Below, in pieces: positions 54,143 through 63,093 of a DNA stretch of 64,000 nt (its first letter is position 1; each line of letters starts with the position of its first letter). The DNA is from Acidimicrobiia bacterium (GTDB lineage: Bacteria > Acidobacteriota > Vicinamibacteria > Vicinamibacterales > UBA2999): contig VFYY01000002.1 in the NCBI GenBank assembly GCA_016871375.1, forward strand, positions 1,749-65,748, read 5' to 3'. The notes under the pieces are model-generated. The model saw nothing but the letters and a program-made list of their open reading frames with translations. It was not told the origin of the DNA and made no database searches. A program made the position numbers and the translations under genes.

Positions 54143-54605
54143 ATGCGCCGCATCTTGCTGTCCGATTCGTACTGGTGGATCGCACTGTTTTGTGTTCGTC
54201 ACCGCGCAGTTCATGGTTGAGGCGGCGCAGAGTAGTTCCCTTGTGACACTTAACCAGCGGATCGGGCAGATTATCTACGTGCTCGATACATCAGGAGTTG
54301 AAACATTGGCGCGGTGCGTTCGCGCTACGGATCGAGAACTTGTCGCGACAGTCGGAGGCGCCGAAACGACGATTCCGGTGGACAGAATCCGTCGAGTCTC
54401 TGTCGCGGGTGATACCGTCAAGGACGGGGCGCTATGGGGTGCCGTATCCGGCGTCTTGCCTGGCGTATTTGGGTGCCAGGGTTCGAGTGACAACGATTGT
54501 TCGGTTGCCGCCTCACTCGTAGCCGGCGTCGGCGCGTTTGCGGCAATCGGTGCGTGGATGGATCACCGAAAGTCCGGACGGACGGTCATCTATCAGCGGC
54601 CATAG
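54143..54605 (+). pseudogene. Hypothetical membrane protein, apparently split by a 1-nt frameshift in a T4 run
   Basis: ATG at 54143 with GGAG 6 nt upstream encodes MRRILLSDSYWWIALFC.., then stops. The 137-aa ORF (54192..54605) continues the hydrophobic helix one frame over. Lower GC and atypical codons. C-terminal TM VAGVGAFAAIGAWM. Confidence 0.45.
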
Positions 54606-54699
54606 CGCGACGCCCTCTGCACGTGAGCTGGCTGAGCCGATTCCATTCAGCTGGCACCTTGCGATCGTTCGAGTTCAAGAATCAAGACCGACAGCACTT

Positions 54700-55110
54700 T
54701 CATCTCAGGCGAGCGCGGACTGACGCGACGAACCGCAGGAGATCGTCGAGGCGATGCTCGACGATGTCCCGCACGATGACGAGATCGACCGACTGGTAGC
54801 CGTGCACCAGCACGTTGCGGAACCCGGCCATCTGCTTCATCGTTACCACCAGATCGGCGGCCAGCCAGCCGCCGCGGGCCAGCAGGTCGAACAGGTGCCG
54901 CTGCGTGTCCGGTTCGCCGAGCCGCTCGTCGGAGACGATGTGCGAGGCGACGTCGAGCACCGCCTGGATCGCCACCTGCAGCGTGTGCTCGACGAAGCGC
55001 TCCTCCTTGATATCGTGCGCCAGCGCGGCAGGCCTGGCCAGCCGCCGCAGGTCGGCGACGCATGTCTCGATGAGCGCCAGCTTCTTGGCGACCAGGTCCG
55101 GATCGGTCAT
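54700..55110 (-). CDS. hepT: HepT-like toxin (DUF86, RNase of MNT/HEPN type II TA)
   Basis: R-x4-H-x-Y motif in GFRNVLVHGYQSV. 136 aa. ATGA overlap with the upstream mntA. Confidence 0.85.
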   Translation of the reverse strand: MTDPDLVAKKLALIETCVADLRRLARPAALAHDIKEERFVEHTLQVAIQAVLDVASHIVSDERLGEPDTQRHLFDLLARGGWLAADLVVTMKQMAGFRNVLVHGYQSVDLVIVRDIVEHRLDDLLRFVASVRARLR

Positions 55111-55514
55111 CGGGATGGGCGCCGCGGCGTGCGGTACAGACGGCGGACGGGCTCCAGGTCGAAGTACTCGTTGCGCGACCGTACCTCGAAGGCGATCCGC
55201 CGGCCGCGATCGCGATCGAGGAGCAGGACCCCGTCGCGCAGGACGCGATGGACGAGATCGGGCGGCGCTGTCTCGAGCGCCACGACATCCACGTTCCGCC
55301 GGCTCGCCGCCTCGAGCCTGTTGCGGAGATCCTCCAGCGGAAGCGACAGCGGCGCGAGCGGGCCACTCCGTCCCACGACGCCGATGTCAAGGTCGCTGTC
55401 AGGAGCCGCCTCGTCCCGCGACACGCTGCCATACAGGTAGATGGCTGCGATGGCCTCAGAGGCGCCCTGACAGGCTATGCGCACTCGTTCGACGAGATCG
55501 GCCGGGCTCATCAA
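55107..55514 (-). CDS. mntA: MntA-like nucleotidyltransferase antitoxin
   Basis: Minimal NTase motif YLYGSVSRDEAAPDSDLDIGVV (G-S-x9-11-D-x-D). 135 aa. Confidence 0.85.
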   Translation of the reverse strand: MMSPADLVERVRIACQGASEAIAAIYLYGSVSRDEAAPDSDLDIGVVGRSGPLAPLSLPLEDLRNRLEAASRRNVDVVALETAPPDLVHRVLRDGVLLLDRDRGRRIAFEVRSRNEYFDLEPVRRLYRTPRRPSR

Positions 55515-55546
55515 TCGATTCTACCGGCGTTCGCGTGCGTGAGGCG

Positions 55547-56179
55547 TCAGCGATCCTCGTAGTCGTCCGACGAGGCCGGATCCAGCTCCCACCGCTTCCT
55601 GTCGCGGTCGCTGATCTTCTTTTCGCCTTTCAGTTCCTCGTTGTCCTCGTAGACGACGCCGATCGCCTTGCCGATGTCGTCCACGATGTCCTGGTCGGGC
55701 GTGGGGTTGTCGCCGCCCGGCGCTTCGTCGCCCACGCTGTAGGCCGACTCCCAGTCCGCGTCGATGTCGCCGCCGGTGAGCGCGGGGCTGGTCTCGGTGT
55801 GTTGGCGGAACTTTTCGCTGAGCTCGCGGCGTCCGGAGCGGGCGGCCGAGGCCGTACGGTCGAGGTCGAGCGAGGAGGGCGGCGACGGCACGAGATCCTC
55901 GTCCACGACGGTGCGGCGCTGGCGCTCGAGCGACGGGGCTTTCCGGGCCACGACTTTCGCGGGCGCCTTCCGGGCCTGCACCAGGGGGCGCCGAGGCGCC
56001 GCCTTCTTTTTCGGAGCGGCCTTGCGGGCCTGGCCCGAGCGACGGCGAGGAGCTGGAGCCTTCTTCTTCGGCGCCTTGCGGGCCGCCTTCCGGACGGCCG
56101 CTGTTCTGGCTTTCCTGGCGCCTTTCGCGGCCCGCTTGCGGCCGGTCTTCCGTGCGGGCTTGGCCTTCCGCTTCGCCAT
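55547..56179 (-). CDS. Histone-H1-like Lys/Ala/Pro-rich N-terminus fused to a conserved acidic C-terminal domain (unknown function)
   Basis: N-terminal 95 aa is MAKRKAKPARKTGRKRAAKGARKARTAAVRKAARKAPKKKAP... The C-terminus is TGGDIDADWESAYSVGDEAPGGDNPTPDQDIVDDIGKAIGVVYEDNEEL..RDRKRWELDP. I recall this C-terminal pattern from a DUF family (possibly DUF6335), unverified. Confidence 0.65.
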   Translation of the reverse strand: MAKRKAKPARKTGRKRAAKGARKARTAAVRKAARKAPKKKAPAPRRRSGQARKAAPKKKAAPRRPLVQARKAPAKVVARKAPSLERQRRTVVDEDLVPSPPSSLDLDRTASAARSGRRELSEKFRQHTETSPALTGGDIDADWESAYSVGDEAPGGDNPTPDQDIVDDIGKAIGVVYEDNEELKGEKKISDRDRKRWELDPASSDDYEDR

Positions 56180-56192
56180 CGCGCGATCCTTT

Positions 56193-56227
56193 CCGAACCC
56201 GGAACGTGGAACCCGGAACCGGGAACC
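56193..56227. repeat. 7-bp tandem array CSGGAAC x5 (inverse of 50445 array)
   Basis: CCGAACC CGGAACG TGGAACC CGGAACC GGGAACC, read directly. Confidence 0.8.
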
Positions 56228-56242
56228 TAAGTCGTTGTTACC

Positions 56243-56271
56243 TTGACAGTTACCGATAAGTGACCTAATAT
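56243..56271 (+). promoter_or_regulatory. Near-consensus sigma-70-type promoter for rpsA (TTGACA-17 nt-TAATAT)
   Basis: TTGACA at 56243-48, exactly 17 nt of spacer, TAATAT at 56266-71. Implies a leader of about 250 nt before the rpsA ATG. Confidence 0.55.
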
Positions 56272-56528
56272 CTACGTCTTATCGGCGAGGCACAACTGCT
56301 CACAGTGGGTGGCTGAGTTGCTTGGTAGCCAGGTAGCTCGGGCGACGCTTGTCCCAGTCCACCCAGCTACCCAGCAACTTCGCTACCAGGTGCATCGCCG
56401 TTATAGCCGCGGGGGGCCGGTCCCCGCAACAGAAACCGGCATGCCCTGAGCACAGTCGAAGGGCGAGAGCCCGCAGCGAGCCCGCGCACGCAGCGTTCGC
56501 AGGGCCACGAGGAGGACGCGCGACACAC

Positions 56529-58307
<1,779 letters not shown>

Positions 58308-58316
58308 GGAGCACCT

Positions 58317-58676
58317 GTGAACACACCGGGCGGCAGCATGACGAAGGCGGAGCTCGTCGAGGAAGTCTCGCGGGTCTCCGACCTCACGAAGAAGCACTCG
58401 GAAGTCATCGTCGACACGGTCTTCAAGAGCATCATCGATGCGCTGCACCGGGGCGAGAAGATCGAGCTGCGCGGATTCGGGAGCTTCAGGCTGCGCAAGC
58501 GCGAGCCGCGCAAGGGCCGCAACCCGAAGACGGGCGACAAGGTCGACGTGCCGCCCAAGAAGGTGCCCTACTTCAAGCCCGGCAAGGAGCTGAAGGACCT
58601 CATCAACCGCGAGCCCGCTGACCAGTCGATGGACGGCGGCGCCGCGGCCGCCGCGCCCGACGCCGCCGCCGTCTAA
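58317..58676 (+). CDS. Integration host factor / HU family DNA-binding protein (IHF-beta-like)
   Basis: MTKAELVEEV..GEKIELRGFGSFRLRKREPRKGRNPKTGDKVDVPPKKVPYFKPGKELK. GTG 58317 has AAGGAG 5 nt upstream; ATG 58338 is the alternative. Ala-rich C-terminal tail. Confidence 0.85.
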   Translation: MNTPGGSMTKAELVEEVSRVSDLTKKHSEVIVDTVFKSIIDALHRGEKIELRGFGSFRLRKREPRKGRNPKTGDKVDVPPKKVPYFKPGKELKDLINREPADQSMDGGAAAAAPDAAAV

Positions 58677-59153
58677 GTGGAACGGCTGTGGTCGCCGTGG
58701 CGGCTTGAATATGTGACGAGCGCCGATCGCACGACCGGCTGCATCTTCTGCCTCAAAGAGGAAAAGGCCCTCATCGTTCATGAGGGCCTTACTTCGTACG
58801 TCATCCTCAACCTGTACCCCTATAACAACGGTCACCTCATGGTGGTCCCGTACCGTCACGTCGGCTCGCTCGCTGCGCTCACGCCAGAGGAGCTGCAGGA
58901 GATTGGCGTGCTCACGCAGCGGTGCGAGGCGGCGATCGCCGAAGCGTACGACGCGCACGGAATGAACATCGGCATCAATCTCGGCAAGCCGGCGGGCGCC
59001 GGCGTCCTCGATCATCTGCACGTGCACGTCGTGCCGCGCTGGAACGGCGACACCAACTTCATCACCGTCATCGGCGAGATGCGCGTGCTGCCGGAAGAGC
59101 TCGGTGCGTCCGCCGCACGGCTGAGGCCCATCTTCGAGCGCCTGTCGCGGTAG
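58677..59153 (+). CDS. HIT family protein (Ap4A phosphorylase/GalT-like branch)
   Basis: LWSPWRLEYV..CIFC..YVILNLYPYNNGHLMVVP..histidine triad HLHVHVVPRW. The stop TAG lies in a REP-A head. Confidence 0.85.
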   Translation: MERLWSPWRLEYVTSADRTTGCIFCLKEEKALIVHEGLTSYVILNLYPYNNGHLMVVPYRHVGSLAALTPEELQEIGVLTQRCEAAIAEAYDAHGMNIGINLGKPAGAGVLDHLHVHVVPRWNGDTNFITVIGEMRVLPEELGASAARLRPIFERLSR

Positions 59154-59186
59154 GGGCGACGCAAGCGTCGCACGTAGAATGTCCCA

Positions 59187-60194
59187 ATGGACTTCGATCT
59201 GTCCGACGTCCAGGCCGCCTGGCGCGACAAGGGCGCGGCGTTGGGCCGCGACCTCGCCGCGGATCCGGCGGCTGCCGGCGCGATCATGGGCGCCGCGCGT
59301 GTCGGCCTGCTCGATCCTGCGGCCGACCTGCTCGCCGTCACGGTCGCCACCGAGGCGATGGCCTTCGAATCGTCCGCGGCCGCGGCGATTTTCGGGCTGC
59401 ATACCGGGACGGCGCTCGCGGTTGCGGGCGACGACCGCTTCACGTCGTTCTTTCGCGGCGAAGCCGTGGCCGCGGTCGGCCTGTCGTCGGACGACGTGCC
59501 GGTGGAGAGCGGCGGGACCGTCTCGGGGCGCGCAGCCTGGGTGGCGCCGATCACTGAGCGAGGCGTGGTCGTGGTCGGGCCGCGTCCCTCGGCAAGCTCG
59601 GGACGCCCTGAGCGTGTCGAAGGGAGGCGCGGTGAGGATCGGGCGGCGTACGCGGTGTCCTTCGAGGCGCCCGGCGTCAGCATCGAGCCCGTGGAGACCG
59701 CCGCGCTGCAGGGGCTCGTCTGCGGTCACGTGACGTTCACCGCCGCCCGTTGCACGCCCCTCGGCGCCACCATCCCAATCATGACGCGCATCCGCGTGCT
59801 GATGGCCGCCGCCGGCCTCGGCATCGGGAGGCGCGCGCTTCGTGAGGCGCTGACCGCCGCGCGCGCCGCGCATACCGCCGCCGCAGGCGAGCAGACAGTG
59901 CAGGGACTGCTGGCGGATGCGGCCACCGAGCTCGACGCGGCCATGCTCATGACCTGGAAGGCGGCGGCCGCCGCCACGCCGTCCCTGGCGGATGCGTCGC
60001 TCGCCAAGCTCGCCGTCACCGCCGCGGCGCAGCGGGCCGTCGAGCGCGCCACGCAGGTTGTCGGCGCGGACAGCTTCCAGCGTGGCCACATCATCGAGCG
60101 CCTGGCGCAGGACGTCCGCGCACTGGAGCTCTTTGCCGGCCGCACCGAGGCGCTGCGCGCTGCCGCCGCCGAAGACCTGCTTCCTCACCGGTAG
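59187..60194 (+). CDS. Acyl-CoA dehydrogenase-like protein (divergent)
   Basis: 335 aa. The C-terminal helical domain pattern (AKLAVTAAAQRAVERATQVVGADSFQRGHIIERLAQDVRALELFAG) is ACAD-like. The N-terminal and middle parts are degenerate and contain a repeat-derived insert. Confidence 0.6.
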   Translation: MDFDLSDVQAAWRDKGAALGRDLAADPAAAGAIMGAARVGLLDPAADLLAVTVATEAMAFESSAAAAIFGLHTGTALAVAGDDRFTSFFRGEAVAAVGLSSDDVPVESGGTVSGRAAWVAPITERGVVVVGPRPSASSGRPERVEGRRGEDRAAYAVSFEAPGVSIEPVETAALQGLVCGHVTFTAARCTPLGATIPIMTRIRVLMAAAGLGIGRRALREALTAARAAHTAAAGEQTVQGLLADAATELDAAMLMTWKAAAAATPSLADASLAKLAVTAAAQRAVERATQVVGADSFQRGHIIERLAQDVRALELFAGRTEALRAAAAEDLLPHR

Positions 60195-61051
60195 GGGCGA
60201 GGTATTGCCTCGCCCGTAACGAAGCACCTGGCATCACGTCTGCGTTCGCCCCGTGAATGCAGGTCGATCCGGATTTCCCCGTGCGTCGGCGCGTCCGCCT
60301 GCCACAACGCGTCTATTCGGAACCCGGCGCCTTCTTCGTCACGATTTGCACGTGGCGGCGCGCCTGTGTGCTCGGAGAGATCGTCGATTACACCGTGCGT
60401 CCGGGTGCCTACGGGGCGGTGGTGGACGCCTGCTGGCGGGAGATTCCGGCGCACTTCGCCGGCGTGCAGCTCGATGCCTGCGTCGTCATGCCGAATCACC
60501 TTCACGGTATCGTCAAGATCGTCGGCGGCGGTTTGCGGGCGACGCATGCGTCGCCCCTACGACGCATGCGTGGGTCGCTCCTACCCGTGCCGATGCTGGA
60601 ACGCGGGTCGATGCTACCCGCAGCACCCCTGCGGCGGCCGCCGTCTCTCGGGACCATCGTCGGGTCGTTCAAATCGGCTGTGACCCGGCGTGTTCACGAC
60701 GGATTGCGGGCGACGCCTGCGTCGCCCCTACCACGCATAGATACGCCGGCCCGACCGCGCAGGCCGCCTCCGTTCTGGCAGCGCGGGTACTACGACCATG
60801 TCATTCGCGATGAGGCCGCGCTGCTGCGCCTGCGGCAGTACATTCTGGATAACCCCGCGCGATGGGCAGAGGATCCTGACAACGTCACGCGGTAGGGGCG
60901 AGGCATTGCCTCGCCCGTAAGGAAACGGCCTGTTTACAAAGCGATCCAGAGGTGTACGGGCGACGCCTGCGTCGCCCCTACCACGCATAGATACGCCGGG
61001 GCGGAGGATCCCGACAACGTCACGCGGTAGGGGCGAGGCATTGCCTCGCCC
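60191..61051. mobile_element. REPtron-like locus: RAYT gene bracketed by REP-A hairpins, with downstream partial duplication
   Basis: REP-A(+) units at 60191, 60892 and 61027. REP-A(-) units at 60537, 60708 (both inside the ORF) and 60958. Segment 60871-60955 is repeated at 61006-61090, and segment 60705-60749 is repeated at 60955-60999. Confidence 0.8.
60257..60895 (+). CDS. REP-associated tyrosine transposase (RAYT; IS200/IS605 TnpA-like Y1 HUH enzyme)
   Basis: HUH motif VVMPNHLHGIV. Catalytic Tyr region WQRGYYDHVIRDEAALLRLRQYILDNPARW. LGTIVGSFKSAVTRRV helix. 212 aa. Confidence 0.82.
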   Translation: MQVDPDFPVRRRVRLPQRVYSEPGAFFVTICTWRRACVLGEIVDYTVRPGAYGAVVDACWREIPAHFAGVQLDACVVMPNHLHGIVKIVGGGLRATHASPLRRMRGSLLPVPMLERGSMLPAAPLRRPPSLGTIVGSFKSAVTRRVHDGLRATPASPLPRIDTPARPRRPPPFWQRGYYDHVIRDEAALLRLRQYILDNPARWAEDPDNVTR

Positions 61052-61100
61052 GTAAGGAAACGGCCTGTTTACAAAGCGGTCCAGAGGTGGACGCAGCGGG

Positions 61101-61610
61101 TTACCGTCTCGCCAGCATCAGCGCGGCGAACCCGGGGAGGAAGGCGACCGTCCAGGCGCCGAAGTGGACGGCGTAGTCCAGCCCCTGCGGGTTGAACGGC
61201 CGCCAGATGCCGGAGATCAGGTAGAAGGCGAGGCCGGAGGCGAGGGCGGCGACCACTCCGCGGGCGGCGACGCCGCGAACGGTGCCGTGCAGCCACCCGT
61301 ACAGCGCGGCGAGCCCCAGCCAGATGCCGAGCCACGCGACGACCATCGCCGAGAAGCCGATGAACGGCGAGATCACGTAGAACGCCGCGGCGCCGAGGAC
61401 GCCGACCGCCGCGCCGCCGATCGCGCCGTGCACCGGGCGCCCGGCGACGACACCCAGGACGAGGCCGAGGGCGAGGAACAGCACGGTGCCGTGGATCAGG
61501 CCGTAGACCGTCTGGTGCTCGGTGATCCAGGTCGCCCAGATGAAGTCGGCGAGCGTGCTGAGCGCGGCCAGCGCCAGCGATCCCGCGACGGCCGGCCCGA
61601 TGCCCGTCAA
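61101..61610 (-). CDS. Small polytopic membrane protein (unknown), translationally coupled to MFS transporter
   Basis: TTG start overlapping the MFS stop (TTGA). 169 aa, about 5 TM helices, Gly/Ala-rich. Confidence 0.5.
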   Translation of the reverse strand: MTGIGPAVAGSLALAALSTLADFIWATWITEHQTVYGLIHGTVLFLALGLVLGVVAGRPVHGAIGGAAVGVLGAAAFYVISPFIGFSAMVVAWLGIWLGLAALYGWLHGTVRGVAARGVVAALASGLAFYLISGIWRPFNPQGLDYAVHFGAWTVAFLPGFAALMLARR

Positions 61611-62953
61611 TCCGGCAGGTCCTGCTGTTTGGGCTCCGGCAGCCAGCGGCTCGCGACGACGTTGACGATGTACGCCGAGGTGCCGACGAGCGCCGCCGCG
61701 TACGCCAGCCGGATGGGCACGGGTCCGGGCGGCATCGAGGTGACGAGCGACGTGGTGGCCAGCGCGCCCATCGTGCCGATCATGCGGCCGCCGACGTTTG
61801 CCGCGAAGCTCTCGCCCGTGCCGCGCAGGTGCGTGGGGTAGACGCGCGGCAGATAGTTGCCCCAGAAGCTCATCTGCGCAATCGTCGCCAGGCCGACGAA
61901 GAAGATCCCCCACTGCGCGAGCGTGAGGCCGACCGTCGGCGTGAGCAGGAAGACCACAGGCACGAAGACGAGGCCGGGAATCTGGAACAGCCAGAGCAGC
62001 CTGCGGCGGCTGATGATCACCGCCGCGAGCGCGGCCAGCAGGAGGCGGCCGGTCAGCCCGCCGAACTCCTGGAACGACTGCACGCCGCTGATCGTCTGCT
62101 CCTGCGCCGTGCGATCCATCGACTGCACTTCGGCGAGACCCGGCACGATGCGCGGCATCTGCTGGATGGCGCCGAAGGCGGTCGCATAGACGGCGGCCAT
62201 CATCACCGTCGTGACGATGGTGGTGCGGCGGAACTCGGGCGTGAAGAGCGCGCCAAAGCTCGGACGCTGCAGCGTGCCGGCCAGCTTCTTCTGGCGCCAG
62301 ACGGGCGACTCCGGCAGGAACGGGCGGATCAGGATCAGCGGAATGGCCGGCATGACGCCGGAGATCAGCGTGTAGCGCCACGCCTCGTGCCCGCCGCGCA
62401 CCTCGGGCAGCGCGGTGCCGTAGGTGACGATCAGGTAATAGGCGCCGGTGACCATCAGCCCCCCGATCGAGCCGAACGCCTGCGTGTAGCCGACCACGCG
62501 CTCGCGCTGCTTCGGATCCGCGAAGAGCTCCGACAGCCAGGCGACGGCGGCGACGAACTCCACGCACACGCCGACGAACGTGCAGCAGCGCCAGAACAGC
62601 AGCCACCCGACCGTCGTCGCATAGCCGGCAAAGAATGCGGAGAACGCGTAGAGGAGGATGCTCCAGACGAGCACGCGCCGGCGTCCGAAGAGGTCGGTGA
62701 GATAGCCGCCCAGCAGGCCGAAGATCCCGCCGGCGACCGCCGGCACGTACTGCATCGTGCCGACCCACTCGTTCACGGTGAGGCTGTTCGGCGCCACGCC
62801 GAGCAGGTCGGCGAGCGCCGGCCGCACGATGAGCGGCAGCATCAGCAGCTCGTACGAGTCGAACGCAAAGCCGATGGCCGCAATGGCGCAGATCAGCCAC
62901 TGAACCGGGGTCAGGGGTGGCGGCGCCACGTCGGTGCGGACAGCGGTGCTCAT
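61607..62953 (-). CDS. MFS transporter
   Basis: Start at the internal ATG (MSTAVRTDV..). 12 TM helices. The MFS loop motif GYLTDLFGRRRVL lies between TM2 and TM3. Confidence 0.85.
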   Translation of the reverse strand: MSTAVRTDVAPPPLTPVQWLICAIAAIGFAFDSYELLMLPLIVRPALADLLGVAPNSLTVNEWVGTMQYVPAVAGGIFGLLGGYLTDLFGRRRVLVWSILLYAFSAFFAGYATTVGWLLFWRCCTFVGVCVEFVAAVAWLSELFADPKQRERVVGYTQAFGSIGGLMVTGAYYLIVTYGTALPEVRGGHEAWRYTLISGVMPAIPLILIRPFLPESPVWRQKKLAGTLQRPSFGALFTPEFRRTTIVTTVMMAAVYATAFGAIQQMPRIVPGLAEVQSMDRTAQEQTISGVQSFQEFGGLTGRLLLAALAAVIISRRRLLWLFQIPGLVFVPVVFLLTPTVGLTLAQWGIFFVGLATIAQMSFWGNYLPRVYPTHLRGTGESFAANVGGRMIGTMGALATTSLVTSMPPGPVPIRLAYAAALVGTSAYIVNVVASRWLPEPKQQDLPD

Positions 62954-63093
62954 GTCTTCAACCGCGCGCGCAGAGCGCGCGCAAAGCCGGGGCCCCCAAC
63001 GCGCGGACTGTGCGCGTTGGGGTGGAAAGTGATACTGCCAACCAGCCATGGGCAATCAGGAGCCATGCCCGTGGCTGGTTATACTACGGGGCC

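Noticed and set aside
50445-56227. GTTCCSG arrays in opposite orientation as terminal inverted repeats of a 5.8-kb mobile unit
   Set aside because: The enclosed segment contains core genes (rluB, cmk) in a conserved context. The arrays are low-complexity members of a dispersed repeat class, and no transposase lies between them. I treat only 53474-56528 as a likely insertion.
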